The notes below the pieces were generated by a model, which had not been told where the DNA came from, searched no databases, and saw only the letters and a list, made by a program, of their open reading frames with translations. 64,000 bases of DNA from Pirellulaceae bacterium (GTDB lineage Bacteria; Planctomycetota; Planctomycetia; Pirellulales; Pirellulaceae): assembly GCA_963704055.1 (NCBI GenBank), contig CAVPGW010000031.1, positions 48,298 through 112,297 of the forward strand, given 5' to 3'. Both the position numbers and the translations under genes were made by a program. Each line of letters begins with the position of its first letter. Position 1 is the stretch's first letter. This document shows, in pieces, positions 11,301 to 20,076 of the stretch.

Positions 11301-11609
11301 ACCACGATCGGCGGATTCGTCCCGCTACTGGTCAGTGGTGGAGACTTTTGGCCGCCGCTGGCAATCGTGATCGCTGGCGGTGTCGGTGGAGCCTCGATCT
11401 TGGCCCTTTTCTTCGTCCCGGCAAGCTATATTCTCGTCCGGCGGCGCGTCGAATCCGAATCCGCCAGAGAGCCGGAAGTCGGGCAAACAGGAGGGTGGGA
11501 CCAGGAGCGTCAGCGACGCAGACCCACCGTGAGTGTCGCCGCCACAAGCATCCCCGCCACAAGCATCCCCGACCCAAGCATCCCCGACCCAAGCATCGCG
11601 GTGACGTAG
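8400..11609 (+). CDS. RND efflux transporter permease (AcrB/AcrD/AcrF family)
   Basis: 1069 aa; PGASAERVEALVT, GLLIDNAIV and GIALNDSIV; two TM bundles. Confidence 0.95.
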   Translation: MLKTLFYDNRQLLILSLVIILVAGASALRSLPRLEDPRINNRNPVIVTMLPGASAERVEALVTKKLEEELREVSEIKQIESDSRAGVSLITIELNDNINNTDEVFTRLRDKLADVESELPPQATKPDFDDERGAVAYTLIVGVTGSEETDPALGVLGRTAEELGDRLRNVDGTDLVRLFGEPEEEITVTISRDKVAQLGLTIPQIQALIRAADSKIPAGTLRSDDRNLVIEVSGNFQTTERIVNIPIRENQLGQVVRLGDVARVEKSWRDPPTEIGIVQGRRTVYVAARMLDDRRVDQWMEQAKTVVRDFNANLSPMVQVVEVFDQGKYTKHRLSQLGMNLIMGAGVVVLVIFVMMGWRSSILVGLALPLVSAIVLFALLVLGIPLHQMSVFGLIVAMGLLIDNAIVTVDEIGKEMKQGADPRTAIVNTVSHLFVPLLGSTLTTVIAFLPILLLPGSVGEFVGTIATTVILALIFSLFVSMTIIPTLTGMFGRSDDRRRWWRSGLETPRLAIILRNSIQLAVGRPLLGVLLAIALPVIGFLRFSDLRNQFFPAADRNQFHIQAWLPRDASVDLTRRTAQEMESVIRESAAVEAVHWLVGASFPTVYYNMLMNQDAKSSFAQAVVTTSDADQVRALITELQTKLDARFPSAQTVVKQLGQGPPIEAPVEVRVYGPSVARLREIGRDLQRFLLETPQVVHTQTSFDVTEPKLWVEADEVETRLAGLTLADVATQLQSTLEGSVGGSVLEETEELPVRLRLDNQFRGDESRIASSHIVLPGGAGWMPLSAIGQLKLKPQTPSIHRRNGQRSNTIKAYVDADALAPEVTAALVAKLDQNGYQLPPGYRMELGGDAEELGSAMGNLFRYAPVLGVLMLATVVLSFRSFLLAGILGGVAALSAGLAFLALWLAGFPLGFNPLIGMAGLIGIALNDSIVVLAQIRTSARARGGDIQAIVDEVMKTSRHVLSTTFTTIGGFVPLLVSGGDFWPPLAIVIAGGVGGASILALFFVPASYILVRRRVESESAREPEVGQTGGWDQERQRRRPTVSVAATSIPATSIPDPSIPDPSIAVT
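11541..11600 (+). repeat. 15-bp coding tandem repeat (about 4 copies) in the RND C-terminal tail
   Basis: GCCACAAGCATCCCC twice, then GACCCAAGCATCCCC/GCG; encodes ATSIP ATSIP DPSIP DPSIA. Confidence 0.85.
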
Positions 11610-11638
11610 GTTCTATATTGAAACATCCTCGCTCTGGA

Positions 11639-11852
11639 GGTCGTGCAGTTTACGCGCAGCGAATTCTTCAAAGTAGCCATCACGCTCCGTCGTGATGTAG
11701 CCCGGCGGGGTGATTTTCCAGTGTTTAGGACGTTAATCGAAGCTTGCGCTCTCGATGGAATGCGAATCGTTCGATCTGGATTTCTCGGAAGCACAGCACA
11801 TTGTCGGGCTACATCACGGCGGAGCGTGACGGCTACTGAATGCTGCACGACC
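11639..11852. mobile_element. Family C MITE (214 bp) with TIR GGTCGTGCAG, 8-bp TSD and internal GTAG-REP doublet
   Basis: GCTCTGGA occurs at 11631-11638 and 11853-11860; an inverted second copy lies at 49848-50062. Confidence 0.8.
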
Positions 11853-11868
11853 GCTCTGGAGGAAGAGA

Positions 11869-11951
11869 AGGAGACAGGAACCAGGCATCAGGAGTCAGGG
11901 AATTGAAGTGTCCCTCGCATTCGTCCTGGCTCCTGGTACCTGTCTCCTGAG
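11869..11951. repeat. Inverted arrays of degenerate heptamers (AGGAGNC-type)
   Basis: AGGAGAC AGGAACC AGGCATC AGGAGTC ... TCCTGGC TCCTGGT ACCTGTC TCCTGAG. Confidence 0.6.
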
Positions 11952-12057
11952 GCCTATTCGGCCGAGACTGCGACCTCTCCCGGAGGGAGAGTTGACATGC
12001 CATGATCTTTATTGACCCATGGCCCTTACGGTGCGAGAAGAAGCAGAGGTAGATAAC

Positions 12058-13440
12058 GTGAGCCTACTGATCAAAAACGGTCGAATCGTTACCGCGACTG
12101 ACTCGTTTGTCGCTGACATTCTTTGCGAAGGCGAGACAATTACGCGGATCGATTTGAACATTGATCCTGCCGGCGCCTCCGAAGTCATCGATGCTTCCGG
12201 CAAATACGTCTTTCCTGGCTTCATCGATCCCCACGTGCATATCTACTTGCCGTTCATGGGGACTTGCGCGAAAGACAGCTACGACTCGGCCGGTCGCGGC
12301 GCGCTGGTTGGTGGCACGACCACGCTGATCGAAATGTGTTGCCCAAGCCGGGGCGAGGAGCCGCTCGAGGCATTCGAGCTTTGGAAGTCAAAGGCCGAAG
12401 GCCTCGCGCCGTGCGATTACACCTTCCACATGGGGGTAACACGTTTCGATGAATCAACCGAATCGCAGCTGCGACAGATCGTTGAAGCCGGAATCGCCTC
12501 CTTCAAAGTCTTCCTTGCTTACAAAGGTGCCTTCGGGATCGACGACACCGAGCTGTACAAGACGCTACGACTGGCCAAAGAGCTGGGCGTGGTCGTGACG
12601 GCCCACTGCGAGAATGAAACTCTGGTGCTGGAAAAGCAAATGGAACTTCTGGCCGAAGGCAAAACCGGCCCGGAGTATCACGAACCTTCACGACCACCAA
12701 GCGTCGAAGCGGAAGGCGTCCATCACCTGATGACGTTTGCGGAATTGACCGGCGTGCACGTCTACGTTGTGCATACTTCTTGCGACGAAGCCTTGCGGGC
12801 GGCACAGGCAGCGCGATACCGCGGAGTCAACGTCTGGGTCGAAACGGTCATCCCCTACCTGGTGCTCGACAAAACGTACGCCGAACAGCCTGGCTTTGAA
12901 GGTGCGAAGTATGTCATGTCGCCGCCGATTCGTGACCAACGCCATCAGCCGATCTTGTGGGATGCGCTGCGAACCCGATTGATCAGCACGGTCGCGACCG
13001 ATCACGCACCATTTGACTTTGCCGGACAAAAGGAAATGGGGCGAGACAACTTCACTTTGATCCCCAACGGCATCCCGTCCGTCGAGAATCGTGTGCCGCT
13101 GCTTTACACGCACGGGGTCACGACAGGTCGAATCGACTTGAACACTTTCGTCGATGCGGCGAGTACTCAAGCGGCCAAGTTGTTTGGTCTTTATCCCCGA
13201 AAGGGCACGATCCAACTCGGCAGCGACGCGGATCTCGTGATTTACGACCCCGATTGGCGCGGCATGATCACGGCCGAGACGCAAGAGATGGATACGGACT
13301 ACAGCGCGTTCGAAGGTTGGGAAATCGTGGGCAGGCCGGACGTCGTTACGGTCCGCGGCAAGGTTCAAGTCAGGGACGGCTGCTTTGTCGGCCAACTCGG
13401 TCACGGCCAGCTACTCAAGCGACAACCGACGCACTACTAG
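12058..13440 (+). CDS. hydA: Dihydropyrimidinase (D-hydantoinase)
   Basis: Motifs PGFIDPHVH, SFKVFLAYKG, AHCEN, YVMSPP, ATDHAPF, IPNGIP and GSDADLV; GTG start after GAGGT. Confidence 0.93.
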   Translation: MSLLIKNGRIVTATDSFVADILCEGETITRIDLNIDPAGASEVIDASGKYVFPGFIDPHVHIYLPFMGTCAKDSYDSAGRGALVGGTTTLIEMCCPSRGEEPLEAFELWKSKAEGLAPCDYTFHMGVTRFDESTESQLRQIVEAGIASFKVFLAYKGAFGIDDTELYKTLRLAKELGVVVTAHCENETLVLEKQMELLAEGKTGPEYHEPSRPPSVEAEGVHHLMTFAELTGVHVYVVHTSCDEALRAAQAARYRGVNVWVETVIPYLVLDKTYAEQPGFEGAKYVMSPPIRDQRHQPILWDALRTRLISTVATDHAPFDFAGQKEMGRDNFTLIPNGIPSVENRVPLLYTHGVTTGRIDLNTFVDAASTQAAKLFGLYPRKGTIQLGSDADLVIYDPDWRGMITAETQEMDTDYSAFEGWEIVGRPDVVTVRGKVQVRDGCFVGQLGHGQLLKRQPTHY

Positions 13441-13507
13441 GGCATTGGTGGCCTACACATCTTCCCTAACTCCCTTCTCCCCCGGGGTGTTACGCAAGTG
13501 GGAGCCG

Positions 13508-13647
13508 AAAGGGGTCAGGAGCGAATGGCACGGGCATAGCGAGCGTTCGTGCCGCGACATGCTGGTGTCTAGCCTTGAGGCGATCTTCAAGGGCGAGGAA
13601 TCGGCTAAAGCCTACACACCAACTCCCCATGCTCCTGACCCCTTTTT
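13508..13647. repeat. Intergenic inverted repeat AAAGGGGTCAGGAGC ... GCTCCTGACCCCTTT
   Basis: 15-bp inverted ends between convergent genes, enclosing a REP-like GGCTAAAGCCTACAC segment. Confidence 0.55.
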
Positions 13648-13688
13648 GATCGGTATGCTACTCGTGATCGCGTCGCTTTGACCATCAA

Positions 13689-15875
13689 TTATCGCCGCGG
13701 ACGGACGTAGACTCGCAGTCGCTTCTTGGTGTAGTTACCCGCATTGCCGCTGAAGGTCCAGTCGCGTGAGTTGCCGGGACTGTTGCCGATGCCGATGTCG
13801 GCTCGCTCGCCGGCACTCCAGTGGTTGATCGCGAAATACGGTCTGGTTGGCACCATAGTTGTGGATCTGCATCGAACCGTAACCGTCTTTCGGCGGTCCC
13901 GGTTCGTCACCGAAGTCGAAGACACTCGACGAGGCGCCCTTCACGCTGGCTCCGTTTCCTGGGCCGTAGTTGTTCGGCCAAAACTCGATATTCCCCGTTT
14001 CAATGTTCTGGCCAGACGTTACGCCAGCGGTGATCGTATGCACGTCCATTGCTTCCAGGGTCTGCTGGAAATGCGCATTCGACGAGGCCGTGGGGACGCC
14101 AAGTTTCTTGACGTCGTCGGTGAAGGCCTTCATCGAAACAAACACTTGCTGCGAACCGTGATCGGCAGACTCAAGTTCCACCAGATAAGCGACTCGGTCG
14201 AACGCTGCGACTTGACCGCTGTTGTCAACGTCGTAGTCGATCGTTCCTTGCAGGCCCGCCAGGTCGAGATCGTAGACAAGTTGGTAGTCAGCCGCGCCAG
14301 GAATCGTGTTGATGAATTCCGGCACCTTGCCGCCGCGCACCGCTCCTACCGGCAACCCGGTTCCGCCCGCCAAGTTAGGCTCGGCCAACTCGTGCCAGGC
14401 AAACCGAAAGGCAACAGGCTGCTCGACCGCCGCGGACTTCAGAATCACCGCGTCGCCCTCGATCGTGGCGACTGCGGGCTGAAACCCACCGGACCCGTTT
14501 CCGATGATCTCGAAATGACTCGGCGTCTTCCCGTCACGCGTTTTCAGGCCACCACCTGTATTGTTGAAGGTAACTTTCAGGCTGTCGCCGAGTTGTTCCA
14601 GTGCGTCGAATTGCGGACTGATCGCGATCACGTCGTCACGACCGTAATCGTGCTTGAGTGCCAACAGGGCAAGACGATATCCGACATCTTGCTTGTTCGG
14701 GGGATGAATGTCACCGATGGTGGCAATGTCATTGATCACGACCATGCCAGTGTTGGGAATCTGTTGCGTGGCCGCCTGGGCTTCCCAAAACTCGGCTAGC
14801 GTCGAAGTATCCTGATTGCCATATCGAAAGGGAGCGATTTGCACGTAGTAAAAAGGAAAGTCACCCTGTCCCCACAGTTGTCGCCAACCACCGATCAAAG
14901 CCTTCTTCTTTTCATAGTACAGCATGCCTTCGCGCTGATTCGCTTCACCCTGGTACCAAATCGCCCCCCGAATCGGGAATCCGACCAACGCATGAATCAT
15001 GCCGTTGTAAAGCGTTGTTGGCTGTTGGTGATTGGTAAACGGAATCAGCGATTCGGGAAATGCTGGACTCGGCTGGACGACCTCGTTCGCGTTGAGTCGC
15101 TCAGTTGCATCGGTGAGCCACTTTTCCGTCGCCGCGATGTACGTTGACAAACCTTCGCGATATTCCGGCGTGCCGGGCGATCGTCCAATCACCGACTGGT
15201 AGATGTCTTGCAACGCAGCGATCTGCTGAAATCCGACGGGAGGCGTCCATGGTTCAATCCGGGTCCCACCCCAAGACGAATTGATCAGCCCCACAGGTAC
15301 GTTCAGTTCATGGTGAAGATGTCGCGCCATGAAGTATCCGGCGGCTGTAAAGTTGGCGACCGTTTCTGGCCGCAGACCTGCCACTCGGATGCGACATCGT
15401 CCAGAGGCACCGGCGACGGGCGATGCGCGATTTTGATGTGTCGAATCATCGGGTAAGTTGCCGAGGCAATCTCGTTCTCCGCGTTCGTACTCCGCTGTAC
15501 CGTCCATTCCATGTTGGACTGGCCCGAACACAACCAGACCTCACCAATCAACACGTCGTTGATTTCGATGCTGTTGCTGCCAGCAGCGGTCAGCTTCATT
15601 GGCGTTGTACTCGCGGACATCGGCGGTAACTCGACTTGCCAGCGGCCAGCTTCGTCTGCCGTCGCGGTCGCCGATTGCTCGCCGAAATTGACCGTTACCA
15701 TTTCGCCGTCGTCGGCCCAGCCCCAAATTCGGAGCGGGGTTTGCTGCTGCAGCACCATGTGGTCAGCGAAGAAGCCGGGCAAGCGAACTTCAGCCTCCGC
15801 GTCGGTCACCAGGCCCAGCGTCAGGCCAAGCAACAAGACGCTATAGAATCCGAATCGTCGCGTGGCGTTTTTCAT
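13689..15875 (-). CDS. Secreted sialate O-acetylesterase (SGNH) with extra C-terminal domain; frameshifts near 15370 and 13830
   Basis: Signal peptide; [36 protein letters not shown] and [11 protein letters not shown]. Confidence 0.88.
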
Positions 15876-15915
15876 GAGTGCGTCATCAATGAGGGTGTAG
15901 GATCAGGGCCGAAAT

Positions 15916-16035
15916 GAATCCGGTTTTCCTAGTTTAACGGCAAGCCGCAGGCGACTGTGGGAGGCGGGCGCAGTCGCCTGCGGCTTGCCGTTAAACGAGG
16001 ATCGCTGGGACAACGATGAAATGCGACCGGTATCG
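15916..16035. repeat. Family A MITE-like palindromic repeat (reverse orientation)
   Basis: Full GTTTAACGGCAAGCCGCAGGCGACT...AGTCGCCTGCGGCTTGCCGTTAAAC core with degenerate ends. Confidence 0.8.
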
Positions 16036-16060
16036 CCGTTAATCGCGATTGACGGACATC

Positions 16061-17747
16061 TCAATGTCCTAGCTGCAGCCACTCGGGCTTGAAGATCATC
16101 GCCAGTCCGAGGGCAAGAATGACCAGCCCGCTGAGAAGTTTCAGCCATCGGCCTTCGCGTTCTTGCAGCTTGCGATGCGACAGCGTCACCACAACCACCG
16201 CCAGCAAGATCGTGTCGTCCAACATATAGGCAATGATGTAGATGCAAAGATACAGATAGTTCTTCCAGATCGGCAGCTCATGCATGGTCAGGATCTGCGT
16301 GAAAAGCGCGGGCAGCCCCGCCGTGCAAAGTAGTTCGACCATGTTCACAATCACCGCCAAGGCAATCACGCTGGCAAGTGCGGCCGGCAAATACTTGGCT
16401 GCAACGATTTCGCGAACACGCCGGTAAATTCCGGGTTTGCTTGACTCGGGGATCGATAGCGAGACACCTTTCTTAAAGGCAAAAAAATCCTTGACGTTGA
16501 TGAACCCGATCAACAAGGCCATCAAACCGAGAATGATCTGGGCGGGGCGGGCGATCCCAATCAGCATGAACAGGTTCAGCCAGGCTGCCATGAAGGCAAA
16601 GTAGGCGATACCGCTAACGGCCACGAACGTTCCGGCAATCAGTAGTATTTTCTTGCGGTCCTTGATGTTGACCAAAACGGAAAGCAAGAAGACGAGAATC
16701 CACATCGCACAGGGATTGAATCCATCCACCAAGCCGACCAGAAAAGAAAAAGCGGGAAGTCCGAGTTCACTGACTCGCAATTCTCCAAAGAATGGAACCA
16801 GGATCACGTCCGAATCCTGCTCGCTCGCAGTTTCATCCTGCGGCTGCTGGACCTCACCAAGATCGACATCGGCAGCCTCCTCCGGTAAGTCCGGTAAGGG
16901 GAGATCGTCGAAGGAGGTGACATCGTCAGGCAGCGGGACCTCATCAAAGGCGGGCTGCGGTTCGGATTGTGTTCCGGTCGGCTCCTGCGGTGCCCAGAAT
17001 CCGACCAACCGCACTCCTGCGAACTGATGGAGTTGAGGTGGGGTTGCCGATGTCGCTCGCGCACCCGACTGGGGAGGCGGTTTGGCGGGTTCGTCACCAG
17101 ACACCTGCCGGATCAGATTCTCAAATTCCGCACCGGTGATGTGATCGCCTTGGTAGCCGATGATCACCTTCCCGGCGAAATGTATCGTCGGCAAGCCCGG
17201 CAGTTTCCCCTGCGACTGACAGAGCTCTTGATACCGCTGACGGGCACTCGCATCATAAGTGATCTCGTAAATGCGAAAACGAACCGCGGGCCAGCGTTGC
17301 GTGAGTTGCGCGATGAACGCTTTTGCCGCTTTGCACTTCGAACAGGTCGACCGCGTGTAGACGTGGGCGGTGAACAGGTCTTCGATTGCCGGCCCCGTTT
17401 TCTGTTCGCTTGCGAATCCGAAGTAGAGCCGACCGCAGCAATAAAACGCGGGGGAAACAGGCTTTTCACGGCCCGATTGACGAGCCAGTTGCCACAGTCG
17501 AGAGAGCTGGGCCTGATCCTTGATCACGTCGTGAACGACAGCTTCCAAGCCACGCGTTCGATCTGCAAGTCTCTTGGCGAATTCAGCAGCCTGGTTCGAG
17601 ATCTCCGAATCGCTACGAACGAATACCTCCAGGCGAATGAGGTGCGAGTCCGTCGCCTCTGGCAATCGGCAGAGCCTGTGCCCAGCATGCTTCCGAGACC
17701 AGCAGGGCAGGTACGAGTAAAAGGAACCTAAGAGTGGCGGTAATCAT
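16061..17747 (-). CDS. Glutaredoxin-like domains fused to a CcdA/DsbD-like membrane domain; frameshift near 17668
   Basis: Signal peptide MITATLRFLLLVPALLVSEACWAQA from 17747; CSKC motif; TM cysteines in GLVDGFNPCAMWIL and ELLCTAGLP. Confidence 0.75.
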
Positions 17748-17934
17748 TGATGCAAAACCTTGTTGATTCAACGAAGCTGGCAACCTCCAACGCGGCCAAA
17801 CCGATTGGAGACTGCCGCCCGGTCTCTCGGTGCAAACGAAGTGCCGCTCGCTGAAAAACTCCTCCTACACATATTGGATCTTTCAGGCGCGCTAATGTGC
17901 ACACTTTCGGGTGTGAAAACGTGAGTACAGGCCC

Positions 17935-17950
17935 CGGCACGAGTCTTGCG
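17935..17950 (+). promoter_or_regulatory. Sigma-54 promoter
   Basis: CGGCACGAGTCTTGCG has GG-N10-GC spacing; a degenerate duplicate CGGCACAGGTCTTGAT follows at 17949-17964. Confidence 0.7.
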
Positions 17951-18093
17951 GCACAGGTCTTGATGAGATGGCCCCAAGATGCCCCGAGGATCAAATCGAT
18001 CGAGGATCAAACTGATGCTTGTCACAAGTTCCGAGCAACCCGCAGCACGTCGCAAGGGAATCTGCACCGAGTTCTCCGGCGTTTCTGATCGGA

Positions 18094-19006
18094 ATGTCCG
18101 AGAATCGGATGATCGCGGCGATCCTGAGCGAAATCTCGTCTCTGCTCGCCGATCAAGACGCCAGCGTCTACCGCGTGCATGCCTATCAAAATGCCAGCCG
18201 GATGCTGGGCCAGCTTGAGACGCCTGTGCGAGATGTCTTGGAGAAAGAAGGGTTGGCCGGATTGGTCGCCCTTCCCACGATCGGTCGTTCGATCGCGAAT
18301 CTAATCGAACATTACGTCCGTACGGGGCGTGTGCCGTTGTTGCATCACCTGCGAGGCGACGACACGGCCGAGCGCGTGTTCGCAACGCTGCCCACGCTGG
18401 GCCCGCAATTGTCACGTCGAATCCACGAACACTTAGAGATCGAAACGCTTCCTGAGTTGATGCGAGCGGTCCAGGATGGTCGGCTGGAAGAGGTGCCCGG
18501 AATCGGACGTAGACGCTCAGCGGCCATTGGCGCGTGTCTCGCGGAACGACTCCGTCAATCGCCATCAGGCAGCGGTGACGCGGGCAGCGGGACGCTGAGG
18601 CAGCGGTGACGTGAGCAGTGGTGCTAAGCAGACTGTCGCGGAACCAGATCGATCGGTTCCGGTGTCCGAGTTATTGGACATCGATGCTGAGTACAGACGC
18701 CTGGCCGCGCAAGGTAAGCTCGCCAAGATTGCTCCCCGCAAGTTCAACCCGGCATCGGCCGCGTGGTTGCCAATTTTGCATACACATCGCGGCCCGCGAC
18801 ACTACACTGCTCTCTATTCCAACACGGCGCGAGCACACCAGTTGAACGCAACCAGAGACTGGGTGATCATTTACCGAGACGATCCACAGTCGCACGGGCG
18901 ATGGACTGCCCTTACATCTCGATTTGGCAAGCTGCAGGGCTGGCGAATCATCCGCGGACGCGAGGACGAGTGCGCTCAGTACTACATCCAGGAGAGTTCG
19001 TCGTGA
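18094..19006 (+). CDS. Helix-hairpin-helix DNA-binding protein (PolX N-terminal-like, no polymerase core); split in a GSGD linker near 18600
   Basis: YRVHAYQNAS, LPTIGRSIA, LPTLGPQLS and VPGIGRRR; C-terminal IAPRKFNP...YTALYSNTARAH...RGREDEC. Confidence 0.75.
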
Positions 19007-19032
19007 CCATTGGCGGACCTTCGGCGAGGAAC

Positions 19033-19120
19033 GGGTGGCTGGTGGTCGAGCGTCAGCGAGCCCCCAGCAACAAGCCAAAAGAATTCCGGGGGCTCGCTGA
19101 CGCTCGACCGCCGGCCACCC
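19033..19120. repeat. Family B long palindromic repeat
   Basis: GGGTGGCTGGTGGTCGAGCGTCAGCGAGCCCCC...GGGGGCTCGCTGACGCTCGACCGCCGGCCACCC; other copies at 43269 (partial) and 52364. Confidence 0.85.
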
Positions 19121-19179
19121 CTGTAATGCAATTCTCAAGCTACTGCTAAATCACCAGAAGAACCAACAGGAGAAGACTC

Positions 19180-19620
19180 ATGGAGACTCTATTCAATCAT
19201 ATTCTTGTCCCCGTCGACTTCACGGAAAAGAACAAGACAGCGATTGCGGCGGCCCAAGAATTGGCTCAGCAATCTGCCTCACGCATTACGTTGTTACATG
19301 TGATTGAATCGATCGATTTCCCTGAGGACGACGAGATCTCGAGTTTCTACGAAAAGCTCCAACGTCGGTCGGAGCAGGAACTCGACGATCTTCTGCAGCT
19401 GTTCAACGATGATAATCTTGATGTCTCGGTCGAAACCATTATCAACAATCGGGTGCAGGGGATTGCGTTGTTCGCGGCAGAGAACGATGTCGACCTGATC
19501 GTGATGAGTTCACATCCGATCGTGCCCGAGAAACGAGGGCAGGGCTGGACGACCATCAGCTACCAAGTGTCGGCGATTTGCCATTGCTCGATCATGTTGG
19601 TCAAACAGGCTGCCGAGTGA
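19180..19620 (+). CDS. Universal stress protein
   Basis: HILVPVDFT, ITLLHVIE and DLIVMSSH; AGGAG RBS. Confidence 0.9.
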   Translation: METLFNHILVPVDFTEKNKTAIAAAQELAQQSASRITLLHVIESIDFPEDDEISSFYEKLQRRSEQELDDLLQLFNDDNLDVSVETIINNRVQGIALFAAENDVDLIVMSSHPIVPEKRGQGWTTISYQVSAICHCSIMLVKQAAE

Positions 19621-19685
19621 TGAGGCTGACCAGAGTGTGCGGACGAGTGCGTATTCGCACATTCAATCTTGGTTGGATCTACTTC

Positions 19686-19750
19686 GTTTAACGGCTAGCC
19701 GCAGGCGACTACTGCACACGGACGCAGTCGCCTGCGGCTTGCCGTCAAAC
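19686..19750. repeat. Family A palindromic core
   Basis: GTTTAACGGCTAGCCGCAGGCGACT...AGTCGCCTGCGGCTTGCCGTCAAAC. Confidence 0.8.
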
Positions 19751-19794
19751 AATCAAGCTGCGAATTGCATGTTATTGCGGTCTATCCAGCGTAA

Positions 19795-19817
19795 GACCCG
19801 ATGAATCGGGTGACTAC
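19795..19817 (-). repeat. Family F GTAG-REP arm
   Basis: GACCCGATGAATCGGGTGACTAC is the reverse complement of the family F arm. Confidence 0.65.
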
Positions 19818-19853
19818 AAACAGCAAGCCAATCGCGGCAATGCGAATGGCGAT

Positions 19854-19869
19854 TGGCACGGGGTGTGCG
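19854..19869 (+). promoter_or_regulatory. Sigma-54 promoter
   Basis: TGGCACGGGGTGTGCG has a perfect -24 TGGCACG and GG-N10-GC spacing. Confidence 0.6.
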
Positions 19870-19913
19870 TTCCTATGGTCGTTGGATTGAATGTATTGTT
19901 CGGGAGAGCCTCG

Positions 19914-20036
19914 ATGAGTATCCGTCGCAAACTTCATGAGCTGCACGAGAAGCACGAAAACCTGTGGTGGATACTGCTCGCTATAGCCGCCGTGGTGGGT
20001 TTGCTCGTGTTTGCCAGCAAGGTCATCGGCTGGTGA
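19914..20036 (+). CDS. Small single-pass membrane protein (40 aa), absent from the ORF track
   Basis: MSIRRKLHELHEKHENLWWILLAIAAVVGLLVFASKVIGW*; GGGAGA RBS; lies between a sigma-54 motif and the ADH gene. Confidence 0.65.
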   Translation: MSIRRKLHELHEKHENLWWILLAIAAVVGLLVFASKVIGW

Positions 20037-20076
20037 CTCTCTGCTCGATCGCCAGTATCGGTCAGGAGAACTTTGC

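Noticed and set aside
13744-14799. Long antisense ORFs (also 29079-30008, 55502-56626, 58114-59271)
   Set aside because: They are in-register shadows of real genes, expected at high GC, and carry no recognisable motifs.
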